In this document: positions 9,207-17,371 of the stretch, piece by piece
Numbering within the stretch: position 1 is the first letter of the stretch
How the letters are laid out: each line of letters opens with the position of its first letter
Source of the DNA: a virus
Direction: 5' to 3' (one strand)
Length of the DNA: 31,987 nucleotides
Virus record (IMG/VR): IMGVR_UViG_3300045988_053677
Location: 1 to 31,987 of that record
The notes under the pieces: generated by a model
Databases searched by the model: none
What the model was told of the DNA's origin: nothing
What the model saw: the letters and a program-made list of their open reading frames with translations, nothing else
Program-made: the position numbers and the translations under genes

Positions 9207-11251
9207 TAACTCCCCCTAGAAGTACTGCTCAGCCAGAAATTAGTAGATTAAGTATTAAGTCTTGGAACAAAGGCTACATATCTGCTATGGATGCGGGACG
9301 CATGCCTAATAGTGGTCTGCTAAAGATGACCAACGCTATGCTAAGGCAAAATGGAACCGTTGCTCCTCGCCCAGGCACTAGGCAATACGGGGACACTCTA
9401 CCTGGGGAGATCTTAGGTTTTGATGAATATGTTGAAATTGTTGGTAATAAGCGAGTAACTAAACTCTTAGCTATCGTGAAAGACGGTGAGAGAGCCCACG
9501 CTTATACAGCACTAGATGGCAAAAACTGGGTGAAGATTGACGGAGCAGACTATAACGGAGAGGCTTATCCTACTTTTACTCAAGTTAGGGATAGAGTGGT
9601 TATCACCAACAGTAAAGACTATTTGTCTTACTATGATATCCAAAAGAAAAAGAATGTTCGACCAGAGGCTTTACCAACTGTTACTGGGGTAAAGGCAGAG
9701 GCTGTAGGTATGGCTGGCACAAATGAAACGCTATATTACTGTGTAACTGCAGTCAAAAACGGAGAAACAGCAAGAAGTGATTCTGCAAGCGTCAAAGTGA
9801 GTAAGGGGCGTACCGAATGGCGAGGGAAGAATGTTGATAAGACAAAAGGTCAAGCTGAAGAGTATGTAAAAATCACTTGGAACAAAATCAAAGACGCTGA
9901 ATATTACATTCTCTACTGTGGGATATCTCCAACAAGCCTCCGAATGATGGATATTGTCGGTCAAATCAACGACACCGCATCAACTCAGTCATATGAAGAT
10001 GTGGGGCAGAAGATTCTCAATCCAAACGTTATTCCACCTAATTCAAATAGCACAGCAGGAGTTAAAGCCGCACGATCGGTACTTGTAGCTAGTCGCTTAT
10101 ATCTTTTAGGCGACGAAGATGACCCTTGGAAAATAACTTTTGGTGGTGCTGATCCTGATACTATGTTAGACTTCTCGGCGTTTGCTGGTGGCTATATCCG
10201 AATCAATGCAGGTTCAAAAGAAATACCTGTTGCAATGCGTCCATTTAGAAACGGTAAAGGTGATGCTGTGCCGATGGTTCTATGCTCAGAAACTAATGGT
10301 AATGGTAGTTTGAAATATCTACAATCATCAAGCATGCAATTAGATTCTACAAATATCCAATGGATAAGCGTGATTGACGATAATGGACGAGATGGAACAG
10401 ACGCACCAGATTCAGTTGTGGTCTATAATAACGCACTTATTTACATCTCTAAGACTGGATTCAAAACGACCCTCACTAAACCTCAAATGCAGAACGTTTT
10501 ATCTACCGATAGCCTGACAGACAACATTCAGCCTGACGTTGAACGCTTAAATAGTAATTTTATTCATAAATCTATCGGTCTAGAGGTGAACGGTATGATT
10601 TATTTTGCCGTGCCAGTTGGTAGCGAAAAATTAAACCAATTATGGGTACTGGATATGAAGCGTGGCGGTGTTTGGTGTATGCCTTGGGTGATAGGCGACA
10701 TTAATGACTTAAAAGTTTACGGAAGTAGCGACGGAAAAACACGCGTACTTCTAGCTATCGAAGACAAGCTTATCGAGCTAACTGATGAAGTAAAAATGAC
10801 AGACAGCGGAAAGCCGTTTATCACTGATATAGGCTCAGGGGTTGTGAAGTTTTCTGAAGATGGCGCGATGTGGACAAGCCTAGTGGATATTACATTTATT
10901 TTGCTCAAACCTACAGGAACCATTAACTTCTCAGTATCTGGAAAAACCGAAGACGAACCACTTCAGCCGTTCTTAAACTTCAGCAAAAACTTTACCCCAA
11001 AAACTGTCCCAATTGGGTGGTGTACTACTTCAGGCTGGAATAGCCCTCTGGGTTGGGGATTTGTGCCAAAAAAATATAAATCATCAAGCGGTGAGGTGAG
11101 GCTATCAATCACTAAGGATATTGACGAAGACGTGAACTGGATTCAGTACTCAGTCGCGGCGAATGAAGCAGGGGCAGACTTTGAGCTGTCTGACGTAATA
11201 ATCCAACACATACCGATAGGAGTAATTTTTGAGGAGGACGAAGATGAATAA
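9197..11251 (+). CDS. Hypothetical large tail protein (684 aa), possibly nozzle / tubular-B-like
   Basis: Long ORF overlapping the previous stop by 10 nt (translational coupling), beta-rich composition, position before the lysis and fibre genes. The function is inferred from size and synteny only. Confidence 0.45.
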   Translation: MDMITPPRSTAQPEISRLSIKSWNKGYISAMDAGRMPNSGLLKMTNAMLRQNGTVAPRPGTRQYGDTLPGEILGFDEYVEIVGNKRVTKLLAIVKDGERAHAYTALDGKNWVKIDGADYNGEAYPTFTQVRDRVVITNSKDYLSYYDIQKKKNVRPEALPTVTGVKAEAVGMAGTNETLYYCVTAVKNGETARSDSASVKVSKGRTEWRGKNVDKTKGQAEEYVKITWNKIKDAEYYILYCGISPTSLRMMDIVGQINDTASTQSYEDVGQKILNPNVIPPNSNSTAGVKAARSVLVASRLYLLGDEDDPWKITFGGADPDTMLDFSAFAGGYIRINAGSKEIPVAMRPFRNGKGDAVPMVLCSETNGNGSLKYLQSSSMQLDSTNIQWISVIDDNGRDGTDAPDSVVVYNNALIYISKTGFKTTLTKPQMQNVLSTDSLTDNIQPDVERLNSNFIHKSIGLEVNGMIYFAVPVGSEKLNQLWVLDMKRGGVWCMPWVIGDINDLKVYGSSDGKTRVLLAIEDKLIELTDEVKMTDSGKPFITDIGSGVVKFSEDGAMWTSLVDITFILLKPTGTINFSVSGKTEDEPLQPFLNFSKNFTPKTVPIGWCTTSGWNSPLGWGFVPKKYKSSSGEVRLSITKDIDEDVNWIQYSVAANEAGADFELSDVIIQHIPIGVIFEEDEDE

Positions 11252-11639
11252 AAACAAAAAAGGAGAGGTTATGGAACCAGAAGTATCAGCAAAAGAATTT
11301 GGGGCGTTAGAAGCGGACGTCAGACACATTAAGGAGGGTGTAGACAAACATACTATTACGCTAGAGCGAATTGAAAATATCGCACGAGCTAATGTTACTC
11401 AATCACAACTTAAAACATACATCGCGGAACACGAAAAAGAATCAGAAGAAAAATACGTAAAACGTACTGAAATCGAAGGCGTTATGAATTTTTGGAGCCT
11501 GGTAACAAGCAACCTAGCAAAATTATTTGCTATAGCACTTGTAGGGCTAGCGATTTATGCAACTAATAACTTAATTCAGCAAAACAAAGCCGTTACGGAA
11601 TTACAAGAAGAAGTTCAACAAACAGTAAGGAGGAAATAA
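11244..11639 (+). CDS. Membrane protein with coiled-coil N-terminus and one C-terminal TM helix; lysis-associated (holin-like) or virion-associated
   Basis: GAGGAGG lies 6 nt before ATG 11244; an alternative ATG is at 11271. The hydrophobic segment is LAKLFAIALVGLAIYATNNLI. The gene is immediately upstream of the endolysin. Confidence 0.5.
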   Translation: MNKNKKGEVMEPEVSAKEFGALEADVRHIKEGVDKHTITLERIENIARANVTQSQLKTYIAEHEKESEEKYVKRTEIEGVMNFWSLVTSNLAKLFAIALVGLAIYATNNLIQQNKAVTELQEEVQQTVRRK

Positions 11640-11640
11640 T

Positions 11641-12615
11641 ATGATAGAAAAAGCACTAGCTTGGTTTTACGCACGTAAAGGTCGAGTTTTTTACTCAATG
11701 GAAAGTCGAAATGGTCCAAATTCGTATGACTGCTCAAGTTCTGTATATCACGCTCTAAAAGAAGCAGGACTTTTACCGTCTAGTTATTGGATTGGCAATA
11801 CAGACACCTTATTTGACGCCTTAGAGAAGAACGGCTGGGTACGACTGCCTGAGGACGTTAACGGCGAGGCAGACACGCAACGCGGCGATATCTTTATCTG
11901 GGGTATTCGCGGCAATTCAGGTGGCGCGTTGGGTCATACAGGAATGTTTGTCGACGCAGATAACGTAATTAACTGTCGCTATCAGGCAGGTATTGTGATA
12001 GATAATCACGACTGGCTCTGGAGTGCCTCAGATTGCCCACCATATGCATTTTACAGGTACGTAGGTAAACCTCAAGAAGCAAAGCGTGTAGCACTTCCTG
12101 AAGTCTACTATGCAGACGAAGTAGCAACTGTATTCGACCTACGACAAATTAGGTGTAACCGATTGATTGACGAGTTCGATTGGGGAGACAATGGCGTACC
12201 TGTTTCTGTAGCTGTAAAGACAGATAAAGACGGCTACTTACTTGACGGCGAGATAAATACAGGAGATTACTTCCGAATCGTTGGCAGCACAGAGGTGCTA
12301 GACGAAACTACCGAGAATAACAAACGCTATCTACAACTGAAAATGGCTAATGACGGAATCTGGGTATTAGCAGAACGAGTACGCGGACTAGCGAACGGAG
12401 ATGCAGGCACGCCACGACCAGAAAAACGCCCTGCAGTAGTTACACCTGCCACGAAATATGAAGTAGAGGGAAAGCCAGAGATTATAGCACCACAACCTAC
12501 CAACGAAGATGTTATGAGGTCTATCGCTAAATTAAGTCAAGACATCGCTAAGAATAAAAGCCTATTAGAGAAGATTATCGATTTTCTGATGAGTATTTTT
12601 AAGTTCAATAAATAA
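11641..12615 (+). CDS. Endolysin: N-terminal Amidase_5-type peptidoglycan hydrolase, central SH3-like binding region, C-terminal Pro-rich linker plus amphipathic tail
   Basis: KALAWFYARKGRVFYSMESRNGPNSYDCSSSVYHAL...GDIFIWG...GHTGMFVD closely resembles the N-terminus of the pneumococcal phage Dp-1 Pal amidase as I remember it. SD AGGAGG lies upstream. Confidence 0.85.
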   Translation: MIEKALAWFYARKGRVFYSMESRNGPNSYDCSSSVYHALKEAGLLPSSYWIGNTDTLFDALEKNGWVRLPEDVNGEADTQRGDIFIWGIRGNSGGALGHTGMFVDADNVINCRYQAGIVIDNHDWLWSASDCPPYAFYRYVGKPQEAKRVALPEVYYADEVATVFDLRQIRCNRLIDEFDWGDNGVPVSVAVKTDKDGYLLDGEINTGDYFRIVGSTEVLDETTENNKRYLQLKMANDGIWVLAERVRGLANGDAGTPRPEKRPAVVTPATKYEVEGKPEIIAPQPTNEDVMRSIAKLSQDIAKNKSLLEKIIDFLMSIFKFNK

Positions 12616-12624
12616 GGAGGAAAT

Positions 12625-12903
12625 ATGGAAAAGATTAAATTATTATTCAGTTCAGAAACAAAAAACGGTCGAGCAATGAGGACATTTTTGCAAGGGCTAC
12701 TGGGAGCTATGGCAGCATTTACAGCATTGTACAGCAGTCCTGAATTCGGCAAGTTTATCACAAGCTTGGACAGTCTAACAGGACACACGGTATTCTCAGC
12801 AGTTATTGCAGTTATTGCCGCAGCTATTAGCCGATTGATGCCAGTCATCGGCGCGGTTGTCGAGATGTTAAAGGAAAAATATAAGGAGAAAAAAGATGCT
12901 TAG
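12625..12903 (+). CDS. Holin (r1t-like), two TM segments
   Basis: 92 aa. RTFLQGLLGAMAAFTALY and TVFSAVIAVIAAAISRLMPVIGAVV are hydrophobic helices, and the C-terminus is charged. SD AAGGAGG. Adjacent to the endolysin. Confidence 0.75.
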   Translation: MEKIKLLFSSETKNGRAMRTFLQGLLGAMAAFTALYSSPEFGKFITSLDSLTGHTVFSAVIAVIAAAISRLMPVIGAVVEMLKEKYKEKKDA

Positions 12904-13669
12904 AAAAGCTTCAGCAGACGGTAAAATACCAGCAGACGCAAGGCTCACCTCTCAAAAAGAAAAAGGCGCTCAAAGTATCTCAGTAAGTACAGTTGAGGGT
13001 TGGAGAATTGGTGAAGAGCAAGACTTTGTTATATATGAAGTAAACTCAAACAATGAGGTCATAGCTGGGTCTGTAACTTCATGGAAAGGCGTTTCTGCGT
13101 CAAATGGAACTATAGCAAACTTAACAATAACAGGCGGTATAGATAGGTTGTATCCAATCGGAGCAGTAGTTACGCCAACAACTACTTCTGCTTGGGCGAA
13201 TGATTTAATTTCTGGTTTATTAAAATCTCATAACCCAGACGGCACACTGAAAGAATCAGCACTGCCAGCTATCAAGCCACAGGTAATTCCTAATAAGTCT
13301 ATTACAGCCGACAAGATAGATTTGGCGACTATGCCAGATAATAAATACACGACTACTGAGGTAGACACTGGTAAAAAATGGATAAATGGCAAAACTATTT
13401 ATCAAAAGACTTTTATAATGGGTGGACTCGGTTTAGCTACTACTATTAAAAAACCGCACAACATCTCTAATTTAGATATGGTGATTAGGATTCAAGGTAT
13501 CGCCAAAGAAAACTCAATTGGGGCGACAATTAACTTGCCGCACGCTGCTGACCAACAAGCTTATACAGTGACAGTATACGCTGATAACACAAACGTAAAT
13601 ATTCAAACATATGCTGATCAGCGCGGCTATGCTCAATCTTATGTGACTCTATGGTACACGAAAAAATAA
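12896..13669 (+). CDS. Putative receptor-binding protein / tail fibre
   Basis: 257 aa. The C-terminal half (TTEVDTGKKWINGKTIYQKTF...) resembles the conserved distal domain seen in tail fibre or minor structural proteins of Gram-positive phages, recalled from memory. It is the last gene of the + strand virion block. Confidence 0.5.
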   Translation: MLRKASADGKIPADARLTSQKEKGAQSISVSTVEGWRIGEEQDFVIYEVNSNNEVIAGSVTSWKGVSASNGTIANLTITGGIDRLYPIGAVVTPTTTSAWANDLISGLLKSHNPDGTLKESALPAIKPQVIPNKSITADKIDLATMPDNKYTTTEVDTGKKWINGKTIYQKTFIMGGLGLATTIKKPHNISNLDMVIRIQGIAKENSIGATINLPHAADQQAYTVTVYADNTNVNIQTYADQRGYAQSYVTLWYTKK

Positions 13670-13675
13670 CTAGAT

Positions 13676-14023
13676 TTAACCTATAGCTATCCAATTCACA
13701 TAATATGTTCCTAAAAGTTGAGCGCCGTCAAATCGACGGCATCGAGCCGTAAATGAGGTATTCGTTACACCTACAGCGCTAAAAGCACAGCCGCCCCACG
13801 AAGAATTCGGGGTGTCCGTCCAGCTGTCCCCAGGCTGACCATACCCACCAAAAGAACAAACTACAGTAGGAATTGTTTTGAATTGCTTTGGAAAAGTGAT
13901 TGTTGCAGCAGCTTCGACTGCTTGAGCGGGAACATTGAGCATAGCTACACCACACTGTACATTCACAGGCTTATCAGTAGTCGTGTTATTTCGCTTTACT
14001 TTTACTTTTTCTTCGAGCGGCAT
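13676..14023 (-). CDS. H-type lectin domain protein (115 aa); the only convincing minus-strand gene
   Basis: ITFPKQFKTIPTVVCSF...VGVTNTSFTARC...YYVNWIAIG follows the H_lectin pattern (FpkpF..P.V..., nvt.tgF, v.WiA.G). There is no clear SD before ATG 14023. Confidence 0.55.
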   Translation of the reverse strand: MPLEEKVKVKRNNTTTDKPVNVQCGVAMLNVPAQAVEAAATITFPKQFKTIPTVVCSFGGYGQPGDSWTDTPNSSWGGCAFSAVGVTNTSFTARCRRFDGAQLLGTYYVNWIAIG

Positions 14024-14048
14024 TGTCGTAAAGTCTATCTTGTGAGTA

Positions 14049-14077
14049 TTGACTTTTACGCTAGAGTTTGCTAATAT
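14049..14077 (+). promoter_or_regulatory. Strong sigma-A type promoter: TTGACT-17 nt-TAATAT with a TG at -15/-14
   Basis: TTGACT is at 14049-14054, the 17-nt spacer ends in TGC, and TAATAT is at 14072-14077. The predicted start is ~14084. Confidence 0.75.
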
Positions 14078-14084
14078 AAGAACA

Positions 14085-14110
14085 TATCAGATACGCATTT
14101 GATAACCTCG
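14085..14110. repeat. Left copy of a 26-bp inverted repeat (TATCAGATACGCATTTGATAACCTCG); contains the dyad TATCA-N10-TGATA
   Basis: Its reverse complement matches 17433-17458 at 25 of 26 positions. It begins at the predicted +1 of the 14049 promoter. Confidence 0.9.
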
Positions 14111-14135
14111 GTCGTTTTTGGCTGAGGTTTTCTTT
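14104..14135 (+). terminator. Intrinsic terminator/attenuator hairpin ~20-50 nt downstream of the promoter
   Basis: AACCTCGG (14104-14111) pairs with CTGAGGTT (14122-14129), 8 bp including one G-U, with a 10-nt loop, followed by TTCTTT. Confidence 0.6.
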
Positions 14136-14362
14136 GTCTAAAAATAACCTCTTACTCAAAATCGATAAATCGTGAAAAAGTTGTCAAGGGTTTTGCACCA
14201 AATTCTTGTATCTTTTTTGCAACAAATAAATTTCACCTGTGGAAAATGAAGGTGCTAGTTTTTCATTGGCTTAAAAAGAGGGTAAAAGAATGGGGAAAAT
14301 TGTTCATATTTCTGAGATTAAAACGCCATTGACAGAAGCCATTAAGAAATGGAGAGCTGACA

Positions 14363-15100
14363 ATGTATGATTTTGACAAACAACAGATAATCGAGCCAAA
14401 GCGTCAATTTACGGGCGTTTGGCTACCAAAAAAGCTACTGTTAGACGAAAGACTAACCGCTGCTGATAAAATCCTTTACGCTGAAATAGCAAGTTTTGGC
14501 GAAAAGGGATGTTGGAAGCGTGCCGATGAGTTACAACAGCTGTGTGGTGTGGGGCGAGACGGTCTTCAGTCTGCTTGTAAACGATTACGAGAGACTGGCT
14601 ATATTGTCGAGCGTAGGATGTATGGTCGAATAGTACGTACGTTAGCCGTTTATTCAACAGCCGTGAAATCCCATCAACAGGATAATCCGGTTGTTCATCA
14701 GCCGGAAAAACCGGTTGTTCAAGAACAGGATAATCCGGTCGTTGTACAACAGGATAATCCGGTTGTTCATAAAGATAACACAAAAGATAACACTATATAT
14801 ATTAATAGTGAAGTTAGTAAAAAACTATTAGATCTACTAAACGAAAAAACCAAACGTAATTTCAGAATACTTCCACGAGGCTATAAAGAAACCTTGAAGA
14901 AGTTCTCGTTAGAAGAAATCGGTAAAGCACTAGACGTACTCGTTGAAGACGATTGGCACTCAAAGAAGATTAACGAATTAAAAAGCGACTATCTACTCAG
15001 AGCCTCCACGATAGACAACATGCTCTCAAAGCGAAAAAAGCAACATGAAGGCATGGCAGACCTAGATGAGTTAATGGGAGATGGTTCATGGATGGCTTAA
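14363..15100 (+). CDS. Replication initiator / replisome organiser: N-terminal winged-HTH, internal octapeptide repeats, C-terminal phage conserved (Phg_2220_C-like) domain
   Basis: N-terminus: WLPKKLLLDERLTAADKILYAEIASF...LQSACKRLRETGYIVERR. C-terminus: LLDLLNEKTKRNFR...EEIGKALDVLVEDDWH...YLRASTI. Followed by a helicase gene. Confidence 0.7.
   Translation: MYDFDKQQIIEPKRQFTGVWLPKKLLLDERLTAADKILYAEIASFGEKGCWKRADELQQLCGVGRDGLQSACKRLRETGYIVERRMYGRIVRTLAVYSTAVKSHQQDNPVVHQPEKPVVQEQDNPVVVQQDNPVVHKDNTKDNTIYINSEVSKKLLDLLNEKTKRNFRILPRGYKETLKKFSLEEIGKALDVLVEDDWHSKKINELKSDYLLRASTIDNMLSKRKKQHEGMADLDELMGDGSWMA
14675..14770. repeat. Four tandem 24-bp iteron-like repeats inside the initiator gene (candidate origin), followed by an AT-rich tract at 14771-14815
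   Basis: CCGGTTGTT / CCGGTCGTT cores are at 14687, 14711, 14735 and 14759 (exact 24-nt period). Units 1 and 4 are identical (CAACAGGATAATCCGGTTGTTCAT). AAAGATAACAC x2 and TATATATATTAA follow. Confidence 0.8.
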
Positions 15101-15327
15101 AAATCGATTTAGAGGACGCCTCAGAGCATTTTGTTGCGGAAACGATAAAATACCACAATGAAGAGATAAAGTCGCTCAGAAGCGATTACATGACGTTACA
15201 GGACATATCTAACATTAATCACGATGTCGACAATTACAAAGAGATATTCCAAACCATTGAAGACAAAGCAAATTGGCATAAATCAAAAATCAGGGAGATA
15301 CTACGTGGACAATTTAACCTATCTTAA
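15088..15327 (+). CDS. Hypothetical 79-aa protein
   Basis: ATG overlaps the initiator stop (ATGGATGGCTTAA). Acidic, helical composition. No motif recognised. Confidence 0.45.
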   Translation: MDGLKIDLEDASEHFVAETIKYHNEEIKSLRSDYMTLQDISNINHDVDNYKEIFQTIEDKANWHKSKIREILRGQFNLS

Positions 15328-16207
15328 ATCTAAAATCGACACACTGAAGTCGAACGACCGACTAGACCTTTACGAATACGTGCTTGGAGCGTCTGCTAAA
15401 ACTGCGAAATCCGCAGCAGCAGAACTCGAATTCACGATGATGGCAGACTATCACGACGAAATCGAAGAGCGTATGAAAAACTGGGGTAAAATCATCGGAT
15501 TAAGAACAGGAAACTGGGTGCTTGACCGTATGACAATGGGATTAGCGCCAGGAGAGCTAACTGTTATCGGAGGAGCTACCAGTAATGGTAAAACAGCCCT
15601 AAGTATGAATATCGCGGCTAATGTAGCTAAACAAAACAAATCTGTTTTATTCGTTACTTTGGAAATGACTCACGGCGAAGCAGGTGTTCGATTTAGAAAA
15701 ATCCTTGGCGAAACAGAATACGAAAAGTGTGCAGCTGGCATATTTTTCCAAAAAAACGATGAATTAAGCTGGCACTCAATCGACGGATTGGTCCGAAAAG
15801 CCAAAGAAGAAGCCAACTGTGAACTTGTCGTGATTGATCATCTTCATTACTTTACACGAGAAATCCAAAACGTCGCTGAAGAATTGGGAAATATAACAAA
15901 AGAGCTAAAGAAGAACGCAATCAGGCATCAGATTCCTATCATTCTAATCAGTCATACACGAAAAGCACCAGACAGCCATACACGAAAGACTGGGATAAAC
16001 GACTTGCGAGGTTCGAGCTATATTGCACAGGACGCGGATATCGTCTTAATGGTTGAACGAAATATGAAAGATTTTCCTAATGATATCATCGTTACTTTAG
16101 AGAAAAACCGCAACAGGTACGGTTGCAAAGTTGGTACATCTTACCATTTTGAATTTAGGGAGCTTAAGGTGATTGAACCATCAAGAAACGATAGGTTCGA
16201 CACGTAG
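15224..16207 (+). CDS. DnaB-like replicative helicase (RecA-type C-terminal domain only)
   Basis: Walker A GGATSNGKTAL, then LFVTLEMT, VVIDHLHY and ILISHTRK match the DnaB_C pattern. The true start may be GTG 15305, preceded by AGGGAG. Confidence 0.8.
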   Translation: MSTITKRYSKPLKTKQIGINQKSGRYYVDNLTYLKSKIDTLKSNDRLDLYEYVLGASAKTAKSAAAELEFTMMADYHDEIEERMKNWGKIIGLRTGNWVLDRMTMGLAPGELTVIGGATSNGKTALSMNIAANVAKQNKSVLFVTLEMTHGEAGVRFRKILGETEYEKCAAGIFFQKNDELSWHSIDGLVRKAKEEANCELVVIDHLHYFTREIQNVAEELGNITKELKKNAIRHQIPIILISHTRKAPDSHTRKTGINDLRGSSYIAQDADIVLMVERNMKDFPNDIIVTLEKNRNRYGCKVGTSYHFEFRELKVIEPSRNDRFDT

Positions 16208-16369
16208 GACTTTGTGAATTTTACACTATGCAGACACGGCTAGACATGGCAAAATTAAATAAGAAATTAGCCATATCTACTGCCGAGTTGACGACCGTGT
16301 GGGTGGTCTGAAAGCAACACTAGTTGGGCACCTCAAAATCCTACATTTAACTTAAATTGTGGGAGAATT

Positions 16370-17248
16370 ATGGATAAAAGTACTACGTTGGAGCGTGCGT
16401 TGTTTTACTTTGTGAAACATAAAGAAGCGCATGGTAAAGCCACCAATACGACAAAAGCAACTTACATTTGTATTCTTGAAGACTTTATCAAATCGATAAA
16501 AGCCGATACGGTTGGCGACTTAGATATTTTGATGATTGATAACTTTATCGACACCTTATCTTTGAAAAGCTACAAGCCGAAAACTATCAAAAATAAAATC
16601 GTGGTTATTAGAAGTTTTATCAAATTTTTGTATTCTAAAAACCTTATAGACATCAGACCTGAAGCGATTGAAATACCAAGAACCGTTGAAGTAGAGGCTA
16701 ATTTTTTAGATGAAGAAGAACAATGTGCTCTGATAAAATCCGCTAGAAATCTAAGAGATAAAGCCTTGATTATGACTATATTAAGCAGTGGGTTGCGGGC
16801 TTCCGAAATCTTAAATCTCAAGGAGGATGATTTATACAGAAGGTCTCTTATAGTTTCTAGAGGAAAAGGCGGAAAGCCAAGAGTAACTTTTATCGATCCT
16901 CTAACAGAAAAGTCTATTAGAGAATATCATCACAAAAGAGAAGTAGACTCTGTTTTTGTTTTCACGAACTCTTTTGGAAAGCCTCTCAGCCGACAATATC
17001 TCTCAAGAATGATATCCGAAACCGCTCTAAGAGCTGGGATTAAAAAGAGAGTAAGCGCGCACACTTTAAGACATAGTTTCGCTACTAATATGCTACGAAA
17101 AGGAGCAAGAATTGAAGATGTTCAGCCTTTAATGGGTCATTCAAACATCTCAACCACTAGATTGTACATGCATTTTACGAACGAATATTTAAGAGAACGC
17201 TACGATATGTTCAATAAAGATATTGACAAAACGCTCGCGGTTTGCTAA
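16370..17248 (+). CDS. Tyrosine recombinase, XerC/XerD-like (integrase family)
   Basis: The N-terminal SAM-like core-binding region and catalytic motifs are present: SGLRASEIL, AHTLRHSFATNML, MGHSNISTTRLYMH. Confidence 0.9.
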   Translation: MDKSTTLERALFYFVKHKEAHGKATNTTKATYICILEDFIKSIKADTVGDLDILMIDNFIDTLSLKSYKPKTIKNKIVVIRSFIKFLYSKNLIDIRPEAIEIPRTVEVEANFLDEEEQCALIKSARNLRDKALIMTILSSGLRASEILNLKEDDLYRRSLIVSRGKGGKPRVTFIDPLTEKSIREYHHKREVDSVFVFTNSFGKPLSRQYLSRMISETALRAGIKKRVSAHTLRHSFATNMLRKGARIEDVQPLMGHSNISTTRLYMHFTNEYLRERYDMFNKDIDKTLAVC

Positions 17249-17329
17249 GATAAGAGTATCAAAGTTGAAAGACTTTAGTAATTTTACAATGATTGCTTTG
17301 TAGATAATAAAGGTTTCACCTTTACATTT

Positions 17330-17371
17330 GCCGCTTTAGCTCAGTTGGCTAGAGCAACGGTTTTGTAAACC
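17330..17371 (+). other. Truncated tRNA-Thr(UGU)-like sequence (5' acceptor strand through the anticodon loop only); candidate attP core
   Basis: GCCGCTT-TA-GCTC-AGTTGGCTA-GAGC-A-ACGGT-TTTGTAA-ACC folds as acceptor 5' strand, D-arm and anticodon arm. Complementarity stops after ACC; there is no T-arm or 3' acceptor strand. Confidence 0.7.

Noticed and set aside
14290-14370. 26-aa ORF (MGKIVHISEIKTPLTEAIKKWRADNV) with SD AAGAGGG overlapping the initiator start
   Set aside because: It is too short to support from sequence alone. It could be a leader peptide coupling translation into the initiator, but there is no motif or conservation evidence.
14675-14770. Short regularly spaced repeats that might be a CRISPR array
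   Set aside because: The repeats are contiguous 24-bp units with no spacers. They lie in-frame within a coding gene (an octapeptide repeat) next to an AT-rich tract, which fits iterons rather than CRISPR.
15224-15327. +1 frameshift at the A5 run (TCAAAAATC, ~15283-15291) fusing the 79-aa ORF to the helicase
   Set aside because: The helicase frame has a plausible independent start (GTG 15305, 7 nt after AGGGAG, or ATG 15224). DnaB_C-only helicases are common in phages. With no linker-like signal across the shift, independent genes are the simpler reading. Read pileups could still be checked.
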